In this document: in pieces, positions 44,895 through 53,395 of the stretch
Numbering within the stretch: position 1 is the stretch's first letter
Layout: the number at the start of each line of letters is the position of its first letter
Source of the DNA: an uncultured Candidatus Saccharibacteria bacterium
GTDB taxonomy: Bacteria; Patescibacteriota; Minisyncoccia; Minisyncoccales; JANBVM01
NCBI GenBank assembly: GCA_964450805.1
Contig: CAYVDD010000001.1
Span: 70,595 to 134,594 of the forward strand
Length of the DNA: 64,000 nucleotides
Reading direction: 5' to 3'
The notes under the pieces: generated by a model
Databases searched by the model: none
Seen by the model: only the letters and a program-made list of their open reading frames with translations
What the model was told of the DNA's origin: nothing
Translations under genes and position numbers: made by a program

Positions 44895-45461
44895 ATGGCT
44901 ATTATCTCAAGAAATTACATTAAAATACTTTCAGCAGCTCTAGTTATTTTTTTTGGAGCTGTTTTTCGTATTTTTTTGAATAAATATTTCCATATTCCAA
45001 ATTTTGAAGCTGTTACAGCCCTTTCTTTGTTATCAGGAGTGTTTTTTAGAGGAACTTATAGTGTTTTAATTCCTTTAAATATCATGTTTTTTTCTGACCT
45101 TTATTTTGGAAACAGTGCCATTTATTTTTTTACCTGGTCAGCTTTTGCTTTGATTGGGATTTTTGGTAATATATTAAAAAGAAATTCAAAACACCTGCAT
45201 CTTAAAAGTACAGCTCTTGGAGTTTTATCAGTTCTGTTTTTTTACGCTTGGACTAATTTTGGCTGGTGGTTAATCTCAAACATGTATTCAATGGACATGA
45301 TGGGCTTGATTGAATGTTATCTGAGAGCAATTCCTTTTTTAAAAAATCAATTACTTTCAGTTCTGCTTTTTGTCCCCAGTTTTTCTTTAATTTTTTCACG
45401 AGTATTTATTTTTTTGAAAAAACATGAAAAAAAACTAAAGATTAAAATATCTTTAAGTTGA
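44895..45461 (+). CDS. polytopic membrane protein (ECF S-component-like)
   Basis: ATG 44895; about 5-6 TM segments; adjacent to the DUF4430-like gene. Confidence 0.5.
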   Translation: MAIISRNYIKILSAALVIFFGAVFRIFLNKYFHIPNFEAVTALSLLSGVFFRGTYSVLIPLNIMFFSDLYFGNSAIYFFTWSAFALIGIFGNILKRNSKHLHLKSTALGVLSVLFFYAWTNFGWWLISNMYSMDMMGLIECYLRAIPFLKNQLLSVLLFVPSFSLIFSRVFIFLKKHEKKLKIKISLS

Positions 45462-45469
45462 ATAAAAAT

Positions 45470-46006
45470 ATGAAACATAAAACGCAAAAAATTATTTCAG
45501 ACTATAAGAAATTAAACGAAGCAGTTAAAGCTCACAGAGCTCTTAAGAAAAAAATAGTTTGTACTATTGGTTCCTGGGATATGCTCCACATTGGTCACGT
45601 TCGTTATTTAAGTATGGCAAAAGACCTTGGTGATATTTTAGTAGTTGGAGTTGACAGCGATAAGGCTATCAGGATTTACAAGAATAATCCTTTAAGGCCA
45701 GTTATTCCTCAGGAAGAAAGAATGGAAATGTTAAGCTATCAAAGCTTTGTTGATTATGTTGTTTTAATAGATGATGTTGATAAAAAAGGACACTGGAAAA
45801 TGAATTTGATAAAAGCAATAAAACCAGATATTTTTGTGGCTAGTTCAGGGGAAAGCTATCCAACAGAACAGCGAAAACAAATAGCTAAATTCTGTAATAA
45901 TCTTAAAGTTTTAAAACGTCAGGCAAAAAATACATCAACTACTAATATAATAGAGAGAACAGTAAAAAAACGCCTTGAACATATTTTAAATAATTTCAAA
46001 TCATGA
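45470..46006 (+). CDS. cytidylyltransferase-like (HxGH) nucleotidyltransferase
   Basis: GSWDMLHIGHVRYL...VVGVDSD...RPVIPQEERMEML resembles the TagD/RfaE-II/RibL class. Confidence 0.75.
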   Translation: MKHKTQKIISDYKKLNEAVKAHRALKKKIVCTIGSWDMLHIGHVRYLSMAKDLGDILVVGVDSDKAIRIYKNNPLRPVIPQEERMEMLSYQSFVDYVVLIDDVDKKGHWKMNLIKAIKPDIFVASSGESYPTEQRKQIAKFCNNLKVLKRQAKNTSTTNIIERTVKKRLEHILNNFKS

Positions 46007-46446
46007 AGAGAAAATTCGTGAATTTGAATTTTGCTAAATCAAAAAACTATAAAAATGTTTTAAAAATTATTGAAAAAACAGGGAAGTGTCCATTTTGTAA
46101 GGAAAATTTTAAATATCATAAAAAATCAATACTTAAAAGAGAAAAGAATTGGTTTATTACTGAAAGCAGCTGGCCCTATGAAAACACTAAGTGGCACTTT
46201 CTGATTATTTCAGAAAAACATAAAGAAGATTTTATCCAGTTAACTTCTCTTGATTTTAGAGAAGTTTCCAAATTAATAAAATGGACAATAAAAGAATACA
46301 AAATAAAAGGAGGAGCTTTTGGGTTAAGGTTTGGTGATGCAATCTATACTGGTTCCACGGTTAATCATCTTCATTTTCATTTAATAGTACCTGAAATTAA
46401 TAAAAAAACTAAAAAAACCAACATAGTGCATTTTAATGTTGGTTGA
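46003..46446 (+). CDS. HIT-family nucleotide hydrolase/transferase
   Basis: Histidine triad VNHLHFHLIVP plus N-terminal CPFC. Confidence 0.8.
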   Translation: MKRKFVNLNFAKSKNYKNVLKIIEKTGKCPFCKENFKYHKKSILKREKNWFITESSWPYENTKWHFLIISEKHKEDFIQLTSLDFREVSKLIKWTIKEYKIKGGAFGLRFGDAIYTGSTVNHLHFHLIVPEINKKTKKTNIVHFNVG

Positions 46447-46454
46447 TTTAGATT

Positions 46455-46928
46455 ATGGAAAAAATTCAATGGCCCACCCATAATGTAATAATGGTTTCTA
46501 TTGCTTTTTGTTTTAATAAGAAGAAAGAGCTTCTACTGGTAATGCAAAAAGACAGAGATTATTGGTCTCCACCAAGCGGTGAAGTAGAGAAAGATGAAGA
46601 CCCTCTTCAAGCTGCTATAAGGGAAACAAAAGAAGAGATAGATTTGGATGTTAGGAATGTAAAAGCCTTGACACCGATTATAAAGTGGGAAAGTGAATAT
46701 CAGGATGCAGTGCTTGTCTTATTTCATTTTCTTTGCGAAATAACAGGAGGAAAAGTTAAATATATGAAAACTTCTGAACCTCAATATGATGTTATTGACC
46801 ACAAATGGATAAGTTTAGATGATATTTTAAAAAACAAGATTAAAATTGCTCCCAATGTCCTGCATTTAATTGATGAATTAAAAGATAATTTAAAATATTT
46901 TGAAAATGGCAAAATCATTGAGCACTAA
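46455..46928 (+). CDS. Nudix hydrolase
   Basis: Nudix box GEVEKDEDPLQAAIRETKEEIDL. Confidence 0.85.
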   Translation: MEKIQWPTHNVIMVSIAFCFNKKKELLLVMQKDRDYWSPPSGEVEKDEDPLQAAIRETKEEIDLDVRNVKALTPIIKWESEYQDAVLVLFHFLCEITGGKVKYMKTSEPQYDVIDHKWISLDDILKNKIKIAPNVLHLIDELKDNLKYFENGKIIEH

Positions 46929-47793
46929 GAACATTTTAATTATTGGTGAATTTCCGGTTATTCATAAAGGATACATTGATTTTTTTAATAAGATTTTAAA
47001 AGAATCCAAAGCCATTTTTTATCTGGGCTTTTTAGACAGTAAAATTGTCAAACAGATGACAAAACTTGAGCCAGATATTAGAAAAATACCTGCCAAAGAA
47101 ACAAAGAAAATTATTAATGCTTATCTTCCAGTAAAGAAATTTATTTCATTGAATAAGGACAATTTTCTTGAATTGATAAGAAATACAAACTTTCAAAAAA
47201 TAATTATCTTAAAAGGTGAAAAGAGTGAGGATTTTGCAAAACATTATTTAACTGATGATAAATACAAAAAGCGTATTAAATATTATGATATCAGGCTGAA
47301 GTGGAATGATAATAAAGTAGCTAATTTTAAAAGAAGAAATTCTAAAGTTTCCAGAGCTGAGTTAATAAAGTATAAGAAATTTATAAAACAAGCATTTGAG
47401 CAGGCTCAGAATTCAAAATGCTGGTGGCGTCAAGTAGGAGCAGTTCTGGTTAAAAAAAATAGTGTTATTCTAAAAGCGTTTAATGAGATGATGCCGAGTA
47501 ATGATGAGTGCTATAAAATAGGATGTGTTAGAGATGATATTACTCCAGGCAAATTATCAGAGATTTGCAGTGTTTCTCATGCTGAAGCCTCTATTATTGC
47601 TCAGGCAGCTTGTAAGGGTATATCTCTAAAAGATACTGTTATATATATAACTCATTTTCCTTGTCCAGCTTGTGCCAAATCAATTGCTTTGTCTGGAATT
47701 AAAAAAATAGTTTATTCTCAGGGCTCAGCTGTATTTGACGGAGAAAGAGTAATGGCAAGTCGCGGACTTGAAATAATTAAAATTCCGCGCTAA
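46900..47793 (+). CDS. dCMP deaminase with ~150-aa N-terminal extra domain
   Basis: The C-terminal half has VSHAEASII ... HFPCPACAKSI (CMP/dCMP deaminase zinc site). The N-terminal half is unassigned. Confidence 0.8.
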   Translation: MKMAKSLSTKNILIIGEFPVIHKGYIDFFNKILKESKAIFYLGFLDSKIVKQMTKLEPDIRKIPAKETKKIINAYLPVKKFISLNKDNFLELIRNTNFQKIIILKGEKSEDFAKHYLTDDKYKKRIKYYDIRLKWNDNKVANFKRRNSKVSRAELIKYKKFIKQAFEQAQNSKCWWRQVGAVLVKKNSVILKAFNEMMPSNDECYKIGCVRDDITPGKLSEICSVSHAEASIIAQAACKGISLKDTVIYITHFPCPACAKSIALSGIKKIVYSQGSAVFDGERVMASRGLEIIKIPR

Positions 47794-47840
47794 AGTAAAG
47801 AACATATAAAATTTAAAAATACATAAGGATATGAAAAAGA

Positions 47841-48404
47841 ATGTCAGAAAAGAAAAGGAAGCCAATATTGGCCGATTTGAGTCCCGTTTTCGGGAAAAGG
47901 CAATACATGCCGATTGCATGTTATTTATTCGGTAATGTAATAATACTTGATCTCGAAGACGAATCTTTCTTCTTATGCTTAACAGAAGATAGAAAAGAGA
48001 GTAATATTTGGACGCCTTTTGGAGGCGAAATAGAATATTTCGATTGTGAACAATTTCCCGAGGGAGCAGCTAGAGAAGTGCTGGAAGAGTCGGGAGTTGC
48101 AATGAACCCTAAAAATCTAATATTTTTGGATTCAAGAATTGTCTATCCAATGCCTGAGAACGATTATTACGTAGGAGTAACTATGGTAATTAATAGTTAT
48201 CTTTACATATTAAAGCGAGAAGATTCCATTCCGTCAATAGAAGCTCAAACTCCAGAAGATGAATGTAATGTAATTGATATAAAGAAATTTCCTCTTTCAA
48301 AGCTGCGTGAGCCTATAAATGAGTGGGAAATTAATGTATTTTCCAATTTCGAAAAAACCCTAAAAAAATTAGGAAAATATGTCGAAAAAAACTTAGAAAG
48401 ATAA
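47841..48404 (+). CDS. Nudix-like hydrolase (divergent)
   Basis: GGEIEYFDCEQFPEGAAREVLEESGV approximates a Nudix box. Codon content looks G/C-richer by eye than the neighbours. Confidence 0.6.
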   Translation: MSEKKRKPILADLSPVFGKRQYMPIACYLFGNVIILDLEDESFFLCLTEDRKESNIWTPFGGEIEYFDCEQFPEGAAREVLEESGVAMNPKNLIFLDSRIVYPMPENDYYVGVTMVINSYLYILKREDSIPSIEAQTPEDECNVIDIKKFPLSKLREPINEWEINVFSNFEKTLKKLGKYVEKNLER

Positions 48405-48465
48405 TAATTTTGTTATCTTCTTTTTTATTTGGGATAATTACGAAATTCTCTTATAATAAAGCTAT

Positions 48466-49911
48466 ATGAAGAATAATAAAAATTGGCCAATCTATTCAAA
48501 AGATAACTTGATTTTAGGTAATCCTGAAAAAGAAGTTGCTATTGTAACTTTATGGACACCAACAAAAAAAATTACTGAAAAGCTAGATAAAAACCTTTTT
48601 TCTGTAGCTGGCCAGCTCTATTCTAAAAGCGGCATTAATTACATTATCAGGAATATTTTAGCTAATCCATTGATACATTATTTGGTTGTTTGCGGTCAGG
48701 ATCTTTCAGGTTCAGGCCAAGCTCTGATTAATTTCTTTAAAGAAGGCATTGATGAGAATTATAATATTATAGGCAGTGATTTTGCTTTAATTCATAAAGA
48801 AATACCAAGTCAGGCTTTAGAGCTTGTTCGTAAAAATGTTCAAATAAAGAATTTAATAGGGGTTAGAGAAATAGAGAGAATAAATAAAGAGTTAAAAGCT
48901 TGTTCTCTAGTTGGCAAACCATTTGCTAAACCTCAGACATTTGCCAGCCATAAAGAAAAAAAATCCCTGTCTTTTCCTGCTGAACAATCTGTTTTTAAAG
49001 TAAGGGAAAAATATATTGCTCCTGCTTGGTTTAGAATTTTGAAACTGATTCTAAAATTTGGAGCAGTTAATAAAAGCTGGTATGGAAATGAAGTCAGAGA
49101 GATTTTTAATATTGCAGCTGTGGTTAGTAATGAAAATCCTCTTAAACCACGAATGTTTCCTTTTTTACAGGTTAGCAGGGAGGATATTAAAAAATATCAG
49201 TCAAACATTATGAAAGGAGATAAGGGAGATGAAATATATAGTTATGGAGAAAGGCTTTGGAATTACAGAGGGATAAATCAAGTAGAAGATGTAATAATAC
49301 CTTATTTAAAGAAATATCCTAATGACAGGGCTTCATTAGCTGTAATATTTGATATGACTCATGACCACAAGGCTTCCCGGTCTCCCTGCATGTGTCTGGT
49401 TCAGGCTACGACTTTAAATAATAAACTGAATTTAACTGCTTATTTTAGAAGTCATGCTATATTTTCAGGATGGGTTTTAAATGCATTTGGTCTTCGTCAG
49501 CTTCAGCAATATATTGCTCAGAAGCTGTCAAAAAAAACAGGCCTTTTAACAATTTTTTCTAATTGCGCTCATATTTATGACAATGAATTGCCAGCAGCTA
49601 AAAAAATCATTGAGAAATACAGTTCTGAAAAACTAGATTATTCTCCTGATCCTCGAGGTTACTTCGTTATTACTATTGAAGGAAAAGAAATAATTCTTAA
49701 ACATTATTCTCCTGAAAATCAATTTCTGCAGGAATTTCGCCAGAATGGTTTGATAGAGAAGGCTGCTATTAAAATGTATAATAAATTAATTTCAGCTGAA
49801 GCTATTTCTGAAGTTTCTCATGCTTTTGATTTGGGTGCTGAACTCCAGAAAGCTGAAATTGCTGTAAAAAATAATTTAAAATATATTCAGGACAAAGAAT
49901 TATTATTATAA
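48466..49911 (+). CDS. ThyA-family thymidylate synthase-like enzyme with ~170-aa N-terminal extra domain
   Basis: The C-terminal half has YGERLWNYRG, SPCMCLVQ (catalytic PC), YFRSHAIFSGWVLN (aligns to E. coli YQRSCDVFLGLPFN) and CAHIYDNE. Confidence 0.75.
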   Translation: MKNNKNWPIYSKDNLILGNPEKEVAIVTLWTPTKKITEKLDKNLFSVAGQLYSKSGINYIIRNILANPLIHYLVVCGQDLSGSGQALINFFKEGIDENYNIIGSDFALIHKEIPSQALELVRKNVQIKNLIGVREIERINKELKACSLVGKPFAKPQTFASHKEKKSLSFPAEQSVFKVREKYIAPAWFRILKLILKFGAVNKSWYGNEVREIFNIAAVVSNENPLKPRMFPFLQVSREDIKKYQSNIMKGDKGDEIYSYGERLWNYRGINQVEDVIIPYLKKYPNDRASLAVIFDMTHDHKASRSPCMCLVQATTLNNKLNLTAYFRSHAIFSGWVLNAFGLRQLQQYIAQKLSKKTGLLTIFSNCAHIYDNELPAAKKIIEKYSSEKLDYSPDPRGYFVITIEGKEIILKHYSPENQFLQEFRQNGLIEKAAIKMYNKLISAEAISEVSHAFDLGAELQKAEIAVKNNLKYIQDKELLL

Positions 49912-49975
49912 TCAAACAGGAAATTTTTTAGAAAGAGAAAATAAGTACAGAAGATATTTTTACATTAAAGAGATT

Positions 49976-50004
49976 TTGACAAATTAAGCTTCTTTAGATA
50001 TGGT
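49976..50004 (+). promoter_or_regulatory. sigma70-type promoter for the NYN-domain gene
   Basis: TTGACA, 17 nt, TATGGT. The SD AAGGGGTGA lies before ATG 50038. Confidence 0.55.
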
Positions 50005-50037
50005 TAAATATAGTTATTTACAATAAGGGGTGAAAAA

Positions 50038-50586
50038 ATGTCTGAAGAAAAATATGGAATTACGGTTGTGTTTTTTGATAAACCCAATATGGATTTTGTT
50101 GAAGAAGCTCTTGGTGGAAAAATAAATCACGACAAGTTCTTCGCATTTTTAGCTGAAAATGAAAAAGAAAAAGAACTGCACGTTCGGTTTTACTGGCAGA
50201 ACAACGATTCGATTTATGGAAAACATTTAAAACAATTGAGGGTGAAGTTACAAGCCCAGGGAATAAGATTTATATCCGTTGAAACAGAGAAAGATGTGGA
50301 CATAACAATGATGAACGATATGTTCACTATGTTATTTGATGTAAATAACAATTCTCTAAGACCAGAAAAGATCATACTCTGTTCTGGAGATAAAGCTTTC
50401 AGTATTATTCTTGGAGCAGCAAAAAGACGCCTTGGCATTTCAATTACAATAATAAGTGGAGTAAATCAGTGTGCAGAAGTTTTAAAACAAATTTTCAAGG
50501 ATACTATTTTTATTGAAGATATGATAAATAATAATAAAAACTTAATTTTAGATTCTTTAAACTCAAACTCAATCTCAATCGAATAA
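50038..50586 (+). CDS. NYN/LabA-like (PIN-related) domain protein
   Basis: VVFFDKPNM...DVDITMMNDM...ILCSGDKAFSIILGAAKRRLGISITIISG matches the NYN pattern (D..N, D, SGDxDF). Confidence 0.65.
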   Translation: MSEEKYGITVVFFDKPNMDFVEEALGGKINHDKFFAFLAENEKEKELHVRFYWQNNDSIYGKHLKQLRVKLQAQGIRFISVETEKDVDITMMNDMFTMLFDVNNNSLRPEKIILCSGDKAFSIILGAAKRRLGISITIISGVNQCAEVLKQIFKDTIFIEDMINNNKNLILDSLNSNSISIE

Positions 50587-50639
50587 AGGGTTAATACCCT
50601 ATTTTTTTATTTTTCCACAAGCTGTGTTAAAATAGAAAA

Positions 50640-51257
50640 ATGTTAAAAAACACTAATAAAGGTAAATTTATTGTATTTGAAGGTCTTGATGGTTCAGGCC
50701 AGACAAGCCAGACCGGACCTTTAAAGGATTTTTTAGAAGAAAAAGGATATGATGTTTTAGTTACAAAAGAGCCCACTTTAAAATCTGAAGCTGGTAAGAA
50801 ATTAAGAAAAGCATTAGATAAAGAGATAGAGATTACTTCTAAAGAACTACAGCAGTTATTCACTCAAGACAGAAAAGAGCATTTAGAAAATACAATAATC
50901 CCTACTTTAAAACAGGGAACAACAGTAATTTGTAACAGGTATTTTTTCTCTAGTTTTGCTTATGGAACAGCTGAAGGTCTTGATTTAGAATGGTTGATTA
51001 ATATTAATGATTCATTTTTAATGCCTGACATTACTTTCCTTTTAAAAGTAAGCCCTGAGATTTGTGTTCAGAGAATTGCAGATAGAGGAAGAAAAATAAC
51101 TCTTTTTGAAAAAAAAGAAAAATTGGAAAAAGTTTGGCAGGTATATAAAACATTGCCAGAGCGTTTTGAGAATATTTATATTATTGATGGCGAGAAATCT
51201 ATTGAGCAAGTTTTTGAAAACATTAAAAAAATAATTATTGATAAATTTAATTTATGA
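50640..51257 (+). CDS. tmk: thymidylate kinase
   Basis: FIVFEGLDGSGQTSQ P-loop and a DR(Y/F) region. Confidence 0.9.
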   Translation: MLKNTNKGKFIVFEGLDGSGQTSQTGPLKDFLEEKGYDVLVTKEPTLKSEAGKKLRKALDKEIEITSKELQQLFTQDRKEHLENTIIPTLKQGTTVICNRYFFSSFAYGTAEGLDLEWLININDSFLMPDITFLLKVSPEICVQRIADRGRKITLFEKKEKLEKVWQVYKTLPERFENIYIIDGEKSIEQVFENIKKIIIDKFNL

Positions 51258-51925
51258 CCAAATTAACAAAAGAAAAAATAACAAAAATTATTGATCATAC
51301 TAATGTTAATCCTAAAGCTGATATTAAAGACATTAAAAAGCTTTGTGATGAAGTTAAAAAATATGGCTTTGGAGGAATTTGTATCAGGCCTGAATGGGTA
51401 AGTTTTGTAAAAAAAGAAATAAAAGGATTTGATGTTAAGATTGTGGTTTTAGTTGATGAACCAATAGGGGATAGTCCTCATAAAAAAAGGCTGGAAATTT
51501 GTAAGAAAATTAAAAGAGATGGAGGAGATCATATTGACATTGTAAACTCAATTCCTGATGTAAAGCACGGGCATTGGGATAGGGTTTTAGCGGATTTAAA
51601 GCCAATTTGCGGTATTTTACCCACTAAGGTGATTATTGGCTCAGGTTATTTAACAGATGATGAAATTGTTAAGGCTTGTGGGATTGCTAAAAAAGCAGGA
51701 GCATTTTGCGTTAAAACTGCTACTAGCAAAGACCCGCTAGAACATCGTGAACTGAAAGAGAAATTCTACCATCTTAGATTGATGAAGAAGTCAGCTTCTG
51801 GTTTGCTGATTAAAGCATCTGGGAAAATAAAGACTTTAAAGGATTTAAAGGAAGCAGTAAAAGCAGGTGCTAATATTATTGGAACTAGCTCTGGCGTTAA
51901 GATAATGAGAGAACTTAATAAATAA
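51254..51925 (+). CDS. deoC: deoxyribose-phosphate aldolase
   Basis: IDHTNVNP, ICIRPEWV, GADHIDIV-like, VKTATS and IKASGKI (class I aldolase lysines). Confidence 0.8.
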   Translation: MTKLTKEKITKIIDHTNVNPKADIKDIKKLCDEVKKYGFGGICIRPEWVSFVKKEIKGFDVKIVVLVDEPIGDSPHKKRLEICKKIKRDGGDHIDIVNSIPDVKHGHWDRVLADLKPICGILPTKVIIGSGYLTDDEIVKACGIAKKAGAFCVKTATSKDPLEHRELKEKFYHLRLMKKSASGLLIKASGKIKTLKDLKEAVKAGANIIGTSSGVKIMRELNK

Positions 51926-51928
51926 CTT

Positions 51929-53395
51929 ATGGAATCCAAACTTCAAGCAGTAATAGGCCTGGAAATACATGTGGAATTAAGCACTAATTCTAAAATGTTT
52001 TGTTCATGTAAGAATGATGCTGATGAGAAACATCCGAATGTTAATATTTGTCCAACATGTACTGCCCAACCAGGGAGTCTTCCTGTAATAAATAAAGAAG
52101 CTGTCAGGTATGTTATAAAAACAGGATTAGCTTTGCATTCTGAAATTGCTGAAGTTTCAAAATTTGACAGGAAAAACTATTTTTATCCTGATCTACCTAA
52201 AGGATATCAGATTTCCCAGTATGATATGCCAATTGCTCAAAAAGGAGAGTTAAAGTTCAGAGTTAAGAGTTTGGGTCCTAAAACCGTAAGAATAACCCGT
52301 GTTCATCTTGAGGAGGATACTGGCAGTTCAGTCCATCTTAAAGAGGAAAACTACAGCTTGGTTAATTTTAACAGAGCAGGTATTCCCTTAATGGAATTAG
52401 TCACAGAGCCTGATATGAATTCAGCGTTAGAAGCAAGGAAATTCAGCCAGGAGCTTCATTTGCTTTTGCGCTATTTAAATGTTTCTGAGGCTAATATGGA
52501 AAAGGGTCAGTTAAGAATTGAAGCAAATATTTCAGTTAAGCCCAAGAATTCAAAGCAGCTGGGAACAAAAGTAGAAATTAAAAACCTTAATTCTTTCAGA
52601 GTTGTAGAAAAAGCCATTGATTATGAAATAAAAAGACAAACAAAATTATTAAAGTCAGGTAAAAAAATTGTTCAGGAAACAAGAGGCTGGGATGAAAAAA
52701 AAGGAGTGACAGTCTCTCAGCGTGAAAAAGAACAAGCTCATGATTACCGTTATTTCCCAGAGCCTGATTTACTGCCCTTAGTGTTTGATAAAGACGAGAT
52801 TAATAAAATTAGGGCTGAAATTCCTGAACTTCCTTTCAATAAAAAAGCAAGATTATCTGAAGAGTATAAAATAGATAAAGATAGTGTTGAATTCTTTGTT
52901 TATAATAAAGATTTAGGGGAATATTTTGAAAAGGTAGTTTCTGAATTTGAACCTAATCTTGCTAAAGACAAGCTTAATAGTTTGATAAATCTGGCAGTGA
53001 ATTATATTATCACTAATCTTCAAGCTTTATTAAAAGAAAAAGGTGTTGAGGGTGAGGATTTTTTAATTACTCCAGAGAATTTTGCTGAATTCATTACTTT
53101 AATTGAGAATAAAACAATACTAAGCAAGGTTGCAAAAACAGTGCTTTTGGAAATGTTTCAAACGGGCGCTGATCCTTCAAATATTATTGAAGAAAAGGGT
53201 TTAAACTTAATGAAAGATAAGGGTGAGATTACAAGTATTGTAAAAGATATAATTTCAAAAAATCAAAGAGCAGTATCAGATTTTAAAAAAGGAAAACAAA
53301 ATGCAATCCAGTTTTTAATAGGTCAGGTAATGGCAAAAACAAAAGGAAGAGTAGATCCTAAAACCGCAGAAAAAATCTTAAAAGATAACCTATAA
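51929..53395 (+). CDS. gatB: Asp/Glu-tRNA amidotransferase subunit B
   Basis: VIGLEIHVEL....MFCSC, DRKNYFYPDLPKGYQISQ and NRAGIPLMELVTEPD. Confidence 0.95.
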   Translation: MESKLQAVIGLEIHVELSTNSKMFCSCKNDADEKHPNVNICPTCTAQPGSLPVINKEAVRYVIKTGLALHSEIAEVSKFDRKNYFYPDLPKGYQISQYDMPIAQKGELKFRVKSLGPKTVRITRVHLEEDTGSSVHLKEENYSLVNFNRAGIPLMELVTEPDMNSALEARKFSQELHLLLRYLNVSEANMEKGQLRIEANISVKPKNSKQLGTKVEIKNLNSFRVVEKAIDYEIKRQTKLLKSGKKIVQETRGWDEKKGVTVSQREKEQAHDYRYFPEPDLLPLVFDKDEINKIRAEIPELPFNKKARLSEEYKIDKDSVEFFVYNKDLGEYFEKVVSEFEPNLAKDKLNSLINLAVNYIITNLQALLKEKGVEGEDFLITPENFAEFITLIENKTILSKVAKTVLLEMFQTGADPSNIIEEKGLNLMKDKGEITSIVKDIISKNQRAVSDFKKGKQNAIQFLIGQVMAKTKGRVDPKTAEKILKDNL

